Shown piece after piece: positions 1-8,917 of a stretch of DNA of 64,000 nucleotides. The stretch is from Candidatus Poriferihabitaceae bacterium. Its GTDB lineage: Bacteria > Pseudomonadota > Gammaproteobacteria > Arenicellales > Poriferihabitantaceae. Positions within the stretch are counted from its first letter, which is position 1. Each line of letters starts with the position of its first letter. The notes under the pieces are model-generated. The model worked only from the letters and a program-made list of their open reading frames with translations, was not told the origin of the DNA and did no database searches. The stretch is taken from assembly GCA_965214055.1 (NCBI GenBank), contig OZ243931.1, forward strand, positions 2,671,380-2,735,379, in the 5' to 3' direction. The translations under genes were made by a program, and so were the position numbers.

Positions 1-572
1 GTATAGTTGAGGGTCAGTGCGTCCCATTCGGAATCAGGAAGATACCAGTCCTCGTCCTCATCGCCGCTTTCCAGAAGCATTTCGTAGGTCCATTCGGACA
101 GCCGTTCTCCGGTTCCTTCTGCCTGTTCATCCACGATGTCAATGACGACAGGGGGTGTTTCCAGCATCCCGATCGCTGCGGAGACCGTATCGGACAGACG
201 GGTATCGGCGATGAGCACCCGGGCATCACCATGCTTGAGGATATACGCGATGGTTTCCGGATCCAGACGGGTATTGATGGCATTCAACACCCCGCCGGAC
301 ATGGGCACCGCGAAGTGGCATTCCGCAAGTTCCGGAGTATTGGCCGCTATCATGGACACGGTTGATCCTTTGGTTACCCCCAGTTTTCTCAGTGCCGAGG
401 ACAATCGCAAACACCGGCGGGCCACCTCCTTCCAGGTATAGGCTCGATTTCCGTACACAATTCCGGGATGATCCGAATAGGTATCCTGGGCACGGCGCAG
501 AAATGATATGGGTGTCAATTCAACAAAATTGATTCCGTCCACCCGGTCGAGTATTTCGTAGTGATCTCTCAT
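1..572 (-). CDS. AMP-dependent acyl-CoA synthetase/ligase, N-terminal part (3' end lies beyond the window edge)
   Basis: Absent from the ORF track because it runs off the window. My minus-strand translation from the ATG at 572 reads MRDHYEILDRVDGINFVELTPISFLRRAQDTYSDHPGIVYGNRAYTWKEVARRCLRLSSALRKLGVTKGSTVSMIAANTPELAECHFAVPMSGGVLNAINTRLDPETIAYILKHGDARVLIAD...EWDALTLNY. This is collinear with short/medium-chain acyl-CoA synthetases (AAE7/AcsM-like) up to just before the TSGTTG AMP-binding motif. Confidence 0.8.
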   Translation of the reverse strand, partial: MRDHYEILDRVDGINFVELTPISFLRRAQDTYSDHPGIVYGNRAYTWKEVARRCLRLSSALRKLGVTKGSTVSMIAANTPELAECHFAVPMSGGVLNAINTRLDPETIAYILKHGDARVLIADTRLSDTVSAAIGMLETPPVVIDIVDEQAEGTGERLSEWTYEMLLESGDEDEDWYLPDSEWDALTLNY

Positions 573-681
573 CTGTTTATTCCGGCATTGTATCGCTGGA
601 TAATGGTTTTCTATTTCCAACTGACGACATTTGGTAGCATAATACGCGCTTTTTTCAGCGACCGATTATAAAGCAATCCTT

Positions 682-1821
682 ATGAACTCACGCCAATTGA
701 TTTTACCCCGTCTGGTTTTGTCCCGTCGCATAAGAAAGACGCCATTTGAGGAACGGGTATTCGAACAGAGCGCCAGCGCTTTCACTACCTACAATCATAT
801 GCCCCTGGGTTCCTATTATATTTCCGCCGAAGAAGATTATCGACATCTGTGCGAGCATGTGCAGGTCTGGGATGTCTCCTGTGAAAGACAGGTGGAAGTT
901 GTCGGTCCCGATGCCATGGAACTGGTGGAACTGGTCACTCCCCGGGACATGTCGAAATGCTGGATTGGCCAGTGCAAGTATGCACCATTGGTGGATCAGC
1001 ATGGCGGCGTGGTGAATGACCCGGTTATATTGAGACTGGCGGAGAACCGATTTTGGATATCCATCGCGGATTCAGGCGTACTTCACTGGATACGGGGAAT
1101 TGCATATGGAAAGGGGATGGATGTGTCGGTTTTTGAACCGGATGTCAGCCCCCTCGCTGTTCAGGGACCAAAATCCGATGACCTGATGGCGGATATACTG
1201 GATGACGGCATTCGGGATCTCAAGTTTTTCTGGTTTACCAACGCGAAGATTGCCGGTACGGAGGTTATTATCGCCCGGTCCGGATGGAGCGGGCAGGGTG
1301 GCTTTGAGATTTATCTGCAGGATGGAGCAAAGGGGCTGGATTTATGGGATGTGGTGTGGGAGGCGGGTCGAAAATACAACATCCGAGCGGGCTGTCCCAA
1401 TCTTATTGACCGCATCGAAAGGGGATTTCTCTCTTATGGCAGCGATATGACCCTGGAAAACAACCCGTATGAATGTGGGTTGGACCGGTTTCTTGAACCG
1501 AGCAAGGAAGCCGAGTCCATGTCTGCGGCGGCCTTGACTGAAATCCGGAAGAAAGGGGTCCGGAAGAACCTGGTGCACCTGTCGGTGAATGGCGGCCCGC
1601 TGGCTTCTCCCCGGTCGGTCTGGGATGTCGTAGATGAAAACGGTCATAAAGTCGGCATCCTGACCAGCCTGGCGTATTCCCCGAAATACAAATCCAACCT
1701 GGCTTTTGCAACCATTGATGCCAGTGCAAACCAGGCCGGCAAGGCGTTAAGGGTGGATGTGAATGGAGAGGAATTCCGGGAGGCCCGAATCGCGGACAGG
1801 AGCTGGAAAATCCAGCATTGA
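682..1821 (+). CDS. dmdA: GcvT-family aminomethyltransferase, DmdA (dimethylsulfoniopropionate demethylase)-like
   Basis: 379-aa ORF. Motifs RRIRKTPF, YNHM, HVQVWDVSCERQVEVVGPDA, EPDVSPLAVQGPKSDDLM, ARSGWSGQGGFEIY, RAGCPN and LSYGSDMT..NPYECGL match my recollection of DmdA rather than canonical GcvT, which has FDVSHMG at the equivalent site. Confidence 0.7.
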   Translation: MNSRQLILPRLVLSRRIRKTPFEERVFEQSASAFTTYNHMPLGSYYISAEEDYRHLCEHVQVWDVSCERQVEVVGPDAMELVELVTPRDMSKCWIGQCKYAPLVDQHGGVVNDPVILRLAENRFWISIADSGVLHWIRGIAYGKGMDVSVFEPDVSPLAVQGPKSDDLMADILDDGIRDLKFFWFTNAKIAGTEVIIARSGWSGQGGFEIYLQDGAKGLDLWDVVWEAGRKYNIRAGCPNLIDRIERGFLSYGSDMTLENNPYECGLDRFLEPSKEAESMSAAALTEIRKKGVRKNLVHLSVNGGPLASPRSVWDVVDENGHKVGILTSLAYSPKYKSNLAFATIDASANQAGKALRVDVNGEEFREARIADRSWKIQH

Positions 1822-1980
1822 CCGGGTAAAAATTCCCCGGTGCCGGTCGGCACGGCTTTCGGATACTTTTATGAGTGTTTCCGGGTGTTTCGGACTCCCC
1901 CGCCGGTTTTCTGGAATGCGGGCCCCTTTGTGATGAAGTGTAGGGGGCGAGCCGAAGTTATGAAATCGGAAGGAGTCCCG

Positions 1981-3279
1981 TTATTTCAGTACCCTCACAA
2001 TGGCTTCCGGGTTGGAGGGAAAGTAGAGATGGAGATAGCTGGCCGTAACATTGTTCATCTGGTAAATCGGTTCTCCAGGAGCCGGGTGCCGGATCCGTTT
2101 CCCATGGGCGACCGGTGCCGGCGTGTTTTCGCACCGGGTGCGGTGATGGGCATGGGCCCGTACATTTCCCTGGGGCAGGGGAGCGATCTGCATTCCCTGG
2201 CAGCCACCGCGGGCCCGCATGATTCCATTTCCGGGCAATATGCCAAGCATTTCCGCCCGGTCCCCGGAAACATCGGTCAGGGACTCCATGAGATAAAGCA
2301 TGCCTCCGCACTCGGCCAGAATTTTTTTTCCACCGCGATGAAAATCCTTTATCTGTTGCTGTATTGCGTGGTTATCCGCCAGGGCGTGAAGATGAAGTTC
2401 TGGATAGCCCCCCGGTAGCCACAGGGAATCAACCTCGGGGAGTTCCGTATCCTGTAGCGGAGAAAAATACACACACGTGGCGCCCATCTCTTCCAGCAAC
2501 CGGATGTTCGCCGCATAGATGAAGGTGAAGGCCGGGTCCCGGGCGATGCCGATACGCATTCCCTCCAGCAATCTGTCCGGGCGGGATACCTGCCCGGGCC
2601 GGAACTCCACCGATCCGGGAAGATGGCACAGCCCGGCATCGAACATGATTTCTGCCAGGCTGTCGAGGCGCTGTTCCATATCCCCGACCTCGTGAGGATG
2701 GATCAGTCCGAGATGCCTTTCCGGCAGGCAGGCCTCCGGATGGTGGTGCAGACAACCCAGCAGAGGAAGCCCGGAAGGCATGGCCTGGGTAATCAGGTCC
2801 TGATGTCGCTGGCTGCCCAGATTGTTGGCAATGACCCCGGCGATCTGCAGTTTCTTTCGATGGGTGGCAAGTCCCAGGGCGATGGCACCGAAGGTTTGTG
2901 CCATGGATCGTGCATCGATGACGATGGCGATTGGAATACCAAAATAGTGCGCCATGTCCGCACCACTGGGATGACCATCGAACATGCCCATGACCCCTTC
3001 CACCAACACCAGGTCCGCCTCACAGGCTGCCTGGTAGATGATTTGCCGGCACTCGTCTTTTCCCACCATCCACAGGTCCAGCTGGGCCACCGGGTTACCG
3101 GATGCCTGTTCCAGAACAAGGGGGTCAAGATAGTCCGGCCCGGTTTTGAATACCCGAACATCCCGTCCCCGTTGCCGATGGTACCGGGCAATGCCCGCCG
3201 TCACGGTGGTTTTGCCCTGACCCGATGCGGGTGCGCAGACAAACAGGGCGGGGCAGGCCGCTTTCGGGTCCTTTACCAT
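1981..3279 (-). CDS. cobB: cobyrinic (hydrogenobyrinic) acid a,c-diamide synthase
   Basis: 432 aa. N-terminal P-loop (APASGQGKTTVTAGI), a DYLDP motif, and a C-terminal glutamine amidotransferase domain (ILAECGGMLYL). Its start overlaps the cobO stop by 7 nt. Confidence 0.9.
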   Translation of the reverse strand: MVKDPKAACPALFVCAPASGQGKTTVTAGIARYHRQRGRDVRVFKTGPDYLDPLVLEQASGNPVAQLDLWMVGKDECRQIIYQAACEADLVLVEGVMGMFDGHPSGADMAHYFGIPIAIVIDARSMAQTFGAIALGLATHRKKLQIAGVIANNLGSQRHQDLITQAMPSGLPLLGCLHHHPEACLPERHLGLIHPHEVGDMEQRLDSLAEIMFDAGLCHLPGSVEFRPGQVSRPDRLLEGMRIGIARDPAFTFIYAANIRLLEEMGATCVYFSPLQDTELPEVDSLWLPGGYPELHLHALADNHAIQQQIKDFHRGGKKILAECGGMLYLMESLTDVSGDRAEMLGILPGNGIMRARGGCQGMQIAPLPQGNVRAHAHHRTRCENTPAPVAHGKRIRHPAPGEPIYQMNNVTASYLHLYFPSNPEAIVRVLK

Positions 3280-3872
3280 TCGATGCCAGGCTGGGCCTTT
3301 ACGCCCTTGCGAAAAGCATGTTCCAGATCGGCAATATCACTGATCGTATCCGCGACCTCCATGAGTTCGCGATGCATGGTACGCCCGGTGATGATGACGT
3401 TTTGATTCACCGGGCGGGACTGGAGGGCCTGGACCACCGGCCCCACGTCCAGGTGTCCGTACTTGAACATGTAGGACATTTCATCAAAGACCAGCAGGTC
3501 ATATCCGGCATCACCCAGCATGCCCTCCGCAATGGCCCAGGCCTGTTGGGCTGCCAGCCTGTCCAGGGACTTGTCCTGGGTTTCCCAGGTAAACCCATGG
3601 CCCATGATGTGAAAGTCGACCTTTGGATGGTCTTTAAAAAACCGGTATTCCCCGGTTTCCTTTCTGCCCTTGATAAACTGGATCAGCCCCGCTTTTTGAC
3701 CGTGTCCCAGTGCACGTGCCATGGTGCCAAAAGCCGAGGAGCTTTTTCCCTTGCCATTGCCCTTGAGCAGGATGAGAACCCCCCGTATTTCCGTGGCCCT
3801 GGCAATCCGCTCATCCATGACGGCCTTTTTTCGCTGCATTTTCTCTTTGTGCCGGGTTTCTGAATCGCGCAT
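3273..3872 (-). CDS. cobO: cob(I)yrinic acid a,c-diamide adenosyltransferase
   Basis: 199 aa. GNGKGKSSSAFG P-loop, IQFIKG, and LLVFDE followed by ITGR, as in CobO/BtuR. Confidence 0.9.
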   Translation of the reverse strand: MRDSETRHKEKMQRKKAVMDERIARATEIRGVLILLKGNGKGKSSSAFGTMARALGHGQKAGLIQFIKGRKETGEYRFFKDHPKVDFHIMGHGFTWETQDKSLDRLAAQQAWAIAEGMLGDAGYDLLVFDEMSYMFKYGHLDVGPVVQALQSRPVNQNVIITGRTMHRELMEVADTISDIADLEHAFRKGVKAQPGIEW

Positions 3873-3882
3873 GGGACTGGAT

Positions 3883-5598
3883 TTAGTGATGGGTGGCTAA
3901 CGGCAACTCGGACACATGAAAATATTCCGAGTGGATTCTTTCAGACAGTGTCCTGCTCATGCCAAGGGGAACCCGTCCTGATTCGATATCGATCACCATG
4001 GCCGGATGATTGGACCACAATGGATGATTCGCGGCAGCTTCCTCCACCCGTCCATCCGTCAGCAGGTATACCACGCAGTTGAGCGAGTGATGCCGTTGGC
4101 AATTCAGCAGATTCCAGGCATGATCCAGCGCCATGAGGATGGGGGTCCCTCCACCTGCCTGTATGGTATCCAGGATGGGCTGGACATTTTTGGGTGCCCG
4201 TTTGGGGTACACCAGGGTCCTGACCATGTCATTGCCGAATGCAATCAGGCCCAGGCGCCGCCGGTGCAGATAACCCTGTTGAGACAGTGCCTGGACGACT
4301 CCCTTGGCATGATTCAGGCCCCGGCCGCTCAACGTTGATGCCGAGGTGTCCAGCAGAACCAGGTCCAGGTCCAGTCCTCTTTTCTGCGGATAGCGATACA
4401 CCAGTCGTTTGTTTTTTTCGCGATGGCTCAATGTCTGGAAATGGTTGGAGTATCCCAGTGTTCGGTACCAGTCGATTTTGGGTACCATCCCGTTTTCCCG
4501 GTCAAGATAGCGTGGGGAGGGAAAAAAGCCATTCTCGCGCTTTCCCGGGTCCAGGCCAATCCGCCCTGTCCCGGGCCGATGGGCATGGGAGGTGAGAAAC
4601 GGCACGGCCCGGGGTTCGGACGTGCCCGTGAGCACAGGGGGCAGGGCCCCCCAGGCACCCTGCACCGAGGACCCGCCACGAGTCTCGTTGCCCGAGTCCC
4701 GATCCGGGGTATTCGAGGACCCCCGGGGAGGGGGCGCAGGAGAAGAGGGCATCCCAGGTCTGCGTCGATGCGCCAGCACAAGTTCTTCGATGCTTTCCAG
4801 GTCTGTTTCGCCGACTTCCCGTCGTTGATGCAGTGCGGCATGGGCCCGGCTCGCCCGATGCATCACGATATCCGCCCGCAGCCCCTCGACATTGGCCCTG
4901 GCACAGCGCCGGGCAATCTCCTCCCCAATGGGCCTTCCAACGACGACGTGGGAAAGGGATTGTCGTGCTTTTTCCAGGGCCCTGGCCATTTTGTTGATCT
5001 GCTGCTGGTGTGTGGCGATAAATTCATCCGGGTTGTTGTCGAATTCGACCCTTCTGGATACGATTTCCATTCGTTGTCCGGGTGAAAACTGTTCCTCTAC
5101 CTGGGCCATCAGCCCGAACCGGTCAAGAAGCTGGGGGCGGAGTTCGCCTTCGTCCGGATTCATGGTGCCGGTCAGGACAAATCGGGAATCATGACGGTGA
5201 CTGATTCCGTCCCGTTCCACGATATTGGTTCCGGAAGCGGCGACATCCAGGAGTAAATCCACCAGGTGGTCCGCGAGCAGGTTGACCTCATCGACATACA
5301 GAATTCCGCCGTGGGCCTTTGCAAGCAATCCTGGCCGAAAAGCCAGCCCGGATTCCTTCAGTGCATGGGCAAGATCGAAAGTACCGGAGATCATTTCTTC
5401 GCTGGCCCCCAGTGGAATGGTCACAAAGGGGCGTTCGGGGTCAAGGTCCGCGAGGCCACGCACCACCGTGGATTTGGCGCTGCCTCGTGGACCACAAATC
5501 AGCAGGCCGCCGATGGTCGGGTCAATGGCAGTCAGCAGGAGAGCGGTTTTCAGTCGGTCCTGTCCGACAATGGCGGTAAACGGAAAGTTTTGCGACAT
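3883..5598 (-). CDS. ChlI/ChlD-type AAA+ chelatase subunit with C-terminal VWA domain (putative cobaltochelatase ATPase component)
   Basis: 571 aa. The N-terminus MSQNFPFTAIVGQDRLKTALLL..GGLLICGPRGSAKST is typical of BchI/ChlI. It is followed by a Pro-rich linker and a C-terminal VWA domain with a MIDAS-like LLDTSAST motif. The gene sits in the cob operon. Confidence 0.8.
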   Translation of the reverse strand: MSQNFPFTAIVGQDRLKTALLLTAIDPTIGGLLICGPRGSAKSTVVRGLADLDPERPFVTIPLGASEEMISGTFDLAHALKESGLAFRPGLLAKAHGGILYVDEVNLLADHLVDLLLDVAASGTNIVERDGISHRHDSRFVLTGTMNPDEGELRPQLLDRFGLMAQVEEQFSPGQRMEIVSRRVEFDNNPDEFIATHQQQINKMARALEKARQSLSHVVVGRPIGEEIARRCARANVEGLRADIVMHRASRAHAALHQRREVGETDLESIEELVLAHRRRPGMPSSPAPPPRGSSNTPDRDSGNETRGGSSVQGAWGALPPVLTGTSEPRAVPFLTSHAHRPGTGRIGLDPGKRENGFFPSPRYLDRENGMVPKIDWYRTLGYSNHFQTLSHREKNKRLVYRYPQKRGLDLDLVLLDTSASTLSGRGLNHAKGVVQALSQQGYLHRRRLGLIAFGNDMVRTLVYPKRAPKNVQPILDTIQAGGGTPILMALDHAWNLLNCQRHHSLNCVVYLLTDGRVEEAAANHPLWSNHPAMVIDIESGRVPLGMSRTLSERIHSEYFHVSELPLATHH

Positions 5599-5879
5599 CG
5601 AAAAATTTACCGGCAGTCCAGGGAAATGGTCAACGGCACAGATGGCGCACGGTACTGTGCGGCAAGCACACAGACCGTATCGGGTTGGGTCACAAATGGC
5701 CGCATTTTCACCGATATCACAGTCATGAACCGAGGCGATTGATTTATGGCAGAGCCTGATTCATCCCCGGCATGCCGGGTTGGGACGGACTTCCGGATTG
5801 TTTGGCTGCTGCATTTGGTATATCTCCGACTCTGCACACGCTGGTGCGATTAAGATCGAATGCTGTGTGCGGTATTGGC

Positions 5880-6050
5880 TGCACCGGGATGGGAGTATTG
5901 GCGGGTTCCGGGCTTCAGTGAACCCTGTACCCGTGACCGTTGCCGGGACAGTCCAAGGTTCCCTGCCAACCCGAACCCCCGGGCACACCGTGCAAAGGCA
6001 TTCTGTCTTCCCATTCCCCCGGGTGAAACCCTGGTTCCTTGGGCTCGATT
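5880..6050 (-). promoter_or_regulatory. cobalamin (B12) riboswitch upstream of the chlID-cobO-cobB operon
   Basis: The minus strand reads ...GGCAGGGAACCTTGGACTGTCCCGGCAACGGTCACGGG..GGTTCACTGAAGCCCGGAACCCGCCAATAC. The order AGGGAA, then GCAACGGT, then CACTG, then a B12 box (AAGCCCGGAACCCGCC versus btuB AAGCCCGAAGACCTGCC) fits this orientation only. A TATAAT box (minus strand, 6048-6053) lies just upstream. The GGTGAAAATCC segment is poorly conserved, so confidence is moderate. Confidence 0.55.
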
Positions 6051-6248
6051 ATAACAAATAGAATGGGCCACAGGGGATTGGAGTGGCGGTCACGCCATGT
6101 GAATCGGCCCCGGTTCCGATCAACCGGGGAATGGCCGCGGCACGGGTAAAAATTGATACCATACATGAATTATCACTGTTCATTTTACACATTGGACGGG
6201 AATTGCAAGATATAATTCGCCGTCCCAGCAACTTTACCATATCAGTTA

Positions 6249-7331
6249 TTGAATTCATTTCCAGACAACGCCGGTATCCTGATCTGCGGTCATGGCAGCC
6301 GGGCAAAAATCGCTGAACAGGAATTTGGATTGTTGGCAGCAGGATTGCGCGAGCGTTTCCCCGGGCGGATGATTGAACATGGATTTCTGGAGTATTCCTC
6401 GCCGAATATACACATGGCACTGGACCGGTTGATTTCCAATGGTGTCCAGCATGTCTGTGCTCTGCCCGGCATGCTCTTTCGGGCCACCCATGCACAGAAT
6501 GACATTCCTTCGGTATTGACCACATACCGGGACCGGCATCCGGGGCTGGAAATCCGTTATGGCGTGGAACTTGGACTGCATTCGGAAATGGTCGCCGCTT
6601 TCGAGACCCGGATTCTCGAAGCATTGGGACTGGAATCCCGACCGGACCCGGGAGCCCTGTACGATACCATGCTGGTGGTGGTGGGCCGGGGCACATCGGT
6701 GGCCACGGCCAATGCCGAGGCGGCCAAATTGACCCGGATCGTTGCCGAAAACCTGGGGTTCGGATGGTGTGAAACGGTCTATTCCGGGGTGACTTTCCCC
6801 TCAGTGGGGCGAGGCCTGGAGATGGCGACCAGACTGGGGTTCAGCAGGATTGTCGTAGCCCCCTATTTCCTGTTTTCCGGCCGTTTGGTTGGACGGATTA
6901 ATGCCTATGTGGAGAAAGTGGCGAACACCTATCCCCATATACAATTTATTACGGCCGACTATTTGCGTGATCAGGAGCATGTCATCAATGCATTCGTGGC
7001 CCGCATTGAGGAAGTCCTGTTCAATACGGGACAGGAGCCGGGGCTGCTGGAAGATTTTCAGACGCGGCTGGCAACGGGTGAAGTCACTGCACATCACCAT
7101 CATGCCGAATACCAGCCCGACCACGGGACTGCACAGGAGACCCCCCATGTTCACCACCATGCTCCCTACCGCCATATCGCGCATCCCCATGGCCCGCGGA
7201 CAATGATTGATGAGAATGTCTGCTGCTGTTTTATGGGTCAGTTCCCCCAGTTTGTGATTGACGAGGAGAGACGGTTGCGCACCCAGAGTGCCGGGCCGCC
7301 CAGCGATGATCACCTGCCCCAGTGCAAGTAA
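6249..7331 (+). CDS. cbiX: sirohydrochlorin cobaltochelatase, long CbiX form with His-rich and Cys-cluster tail
   Basis: 360 aa with a TTG start. It has two CbiX half-domains (ILICGHGSRA.. and LVVVGRGTS..). The C-terminal region is His-rich (HHHHAEYQPDH..HVHHHAPYRHIAHPH) and is followed by NVCCCF, like long CbiX proteins. Confidence 0.8.
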   Translation: MNSFPDNAGILICGHGSRAKIAEQEFGLLAAGLRERFPGRMIEHGFLEYSSPNIHMALDRLISNGVQHVCALPGMLFRATHAQNDIPSVLTTYRDRHPGLEIRYGVELGLHSEMVAAFETRILEALGLESRPDPGALYDTMLVVVGRGTSVATANAEAAKLTRIVAENLGFGWCETVYSGVTFPSVGRGLEMATRLGFSRIVVAPYFLFSGRLVGRINAYVEKVANTYPHIQFITADYLRDQEHVINAFVARIEEVLFNTGQEPGLLEDFQTRLATGEVTAHHHHAEYQPDHGTAQETPHVHHHAPYRHIAHPHGPRTMIDENVCCCFMGQFPQFVIDEERRLRTQSAGPPSDDHLPQCK

Positions 7332-7349
7332 CGTTTTCGGGTATCGGAG

Positions 7350-7868
7350 GTGGGGGTGATTGAATTGATCACGGGAGGTGCCCGGAGTGGGAAAAGCAGT
7401 CATGCACTCGATGTCGCTGAATCCCTGGCGGGAAACCGGCATTTTATTGCCACCGCCGAGGCCCATGACCAAGAAATGGCAGAACGCATTGCACAGCACA
7501 AAAAAGAACGAAGCGCTGCCTGGCAACTGACGGAAGAACCCCGCTATCTGTCCGCCCCGGTTCCCAGGTTCACAGCAGGGGACATCGTCCTTGTGGACTG
7601 CCTGACATTGTGGATTACCAATTGGCTGTGTTCCCGGAACACGGACGGGTGGCCGGAGGAAAAACGTCGATTTCTGGAAGGACTGGGGGTCTCCCGGGCG
7701 CATTGGTTGCTGGTCAGTAACGAAACCGGCATGGGGGTGGTTCCGATGGATTCGTTAAGCCGGCGATTTGTGGATGAAAGCGGCCGGCTCCACCAGGAGT
7801 TGGCGGCAATGGCCAATCGGGTCACGCTGGTGACGATGGGCATTCCCCGGGTCCTCAAGGAGAGCTGA
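7350..7868 (+). CDS. cobU: adenosylcobinamide kinase / adenosylcobinamide-phosphate guanylyltransferase
   Basis: 172 aa. ITGGARSGKSS P-loop, FIATA, and VLVDCLTLWITN motifs. GTG start; the exact start is uncertain by a few codons. Confidence 0.9.
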   Translation: MGVIELITGGARSGKSSHALDVAESLAGNRHFIATAEAHDQEMAERIAQHKKERSAAWQLTEEPRYLSAPVPRFTAGDIVLVDCLTLWITNWLCSRNTDGWPEEKRRFLEGLGVSRAHWLLVSNETGMGVVPMDSLSRRFVDESGRLHQELAAMANRVTLVTMGIPRVLKES

Positions 7869-7876
7869 GGGCAACC

Positions 7877-8917
7877 ATGTCGGATTGGTTTGTGCAAGGT
7901 ACTGCGCCGGTCCGCACGGTATGGGGAGACCGGGCCCGGGAGCGGCAGCTTTCTCTGACCAAACCCCCCGGGTCTCTCGGCCGACTGGAAGATCATGCGA
8001 TTGCCCTGTCCGCGATGCAGGGACGCATTGACCCCGCGCTCGACCATGTCAGGATTGCCGTCTTTGCCGGAGACCACGGCGTGGCACACGAAGGGGTCAG
8101 CGCCTTTCCCCAGGTGGTTACGACGGAAATGGTCCGGAATTTTATCCGGGGCGGGGCGGCGATCAGTGTTCTGGCCAAAAAACTGGGGGCGGACCTGACC
8201 ATTGTTAATGCGGGGACGATCCATGGGGAGGGCTTTGGGGAGGCGGTGATTGATCGGCCGATTGCCCGGGGCTGTGGAAATATCGCGGTGGAACCGGCCA
8301 TGTCCCGGGAGCAGTGTGTTCAGGCGCTTTCTCTCGGGAAAAGCATTGTGGAGGGATATGGGAGAAATTGTGAACTGGTCATCGGAGGCGAGATGGGGAT
8401 CGCCAATACCACCAGTGCTACCGCACTGGCCGTTGCCATGGGGGTCGGAGATCCGCGTTCACTGACGGGGCCGGGTACCGGGCTGGATGATGCCGGCGTG
8501 CAACATAAGATTTCGGTTGTCGAGAAGGCGGTTTCCAGGCAGCCCACCCGGAAACAGGCCGTGGATATTCTGGCCGATCTGGGTGGATTCGAAATTGCCG
8601 CGCTGGTCGGATATTACATCGCTGCTGCCCAGCGGGGCGTTGCCATTCTTGTGGATGGTTTCATCGCGTCGGTTGCAGCCCTGGCGGCGAGTCACATCAA
8701 CCCGGGAACACGGAACTGGTTGCTGTTTTCCCACACGTCAGCGGAACCGGGCCACCAGAGGGTTCTGGAATCTCTGCATGCGGAACCCCTGCTGTGCCTG
8801 AAGATGAGACTGGGAGAAGGAAGTGGTGCTGCGGTGGCGGTGGACCTGCTCCGTGCGGCCTGTGCACTGCAAAACGGGATGGCGACCTTTGCCGAAGCAG
8901 GAGTTTCGGATGGATAA
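7877..8917 (+). CDS. cobT: nicotinate-nucleotide--dimethylbenzimidazole phosphoribosyltransferase
   Basis: 346 aa. LTKPPGSLGRLED, FAGDHGV, GEMGIANTT, and RLGEGSGAA motifs. Confidence 0.9.
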   Translation: MSDWFVQGTAPVRTVWGDRARERQLSLTKPPGSLGRLEDHAIALSAMQGRIDPALDHVRIAVFAGDHGVAHEGVSAFPQVVTTEMVRNFIRGGAAISVLAKKLGADLTIVNAGTIHGEGFGEAVIDRPIARGCGNIAVEPAMSREQCVQALSLGKSIVEGYGRNCELVIGGEMGIANTTSATALAVAMGVGDPRSLTGPGTGLDDAGVQHKISVVEKAVSRQPTRKQAVDILADLGGFEIAALVGYYIAAAQRGVAILVDGFIASVAALAASHINPGTRNWLLFSHTSAEPGHQRVLESLHAEPLLCLKMRLGEGSGAAVAVDLLRAACALQNGMATFAEAGVSDG

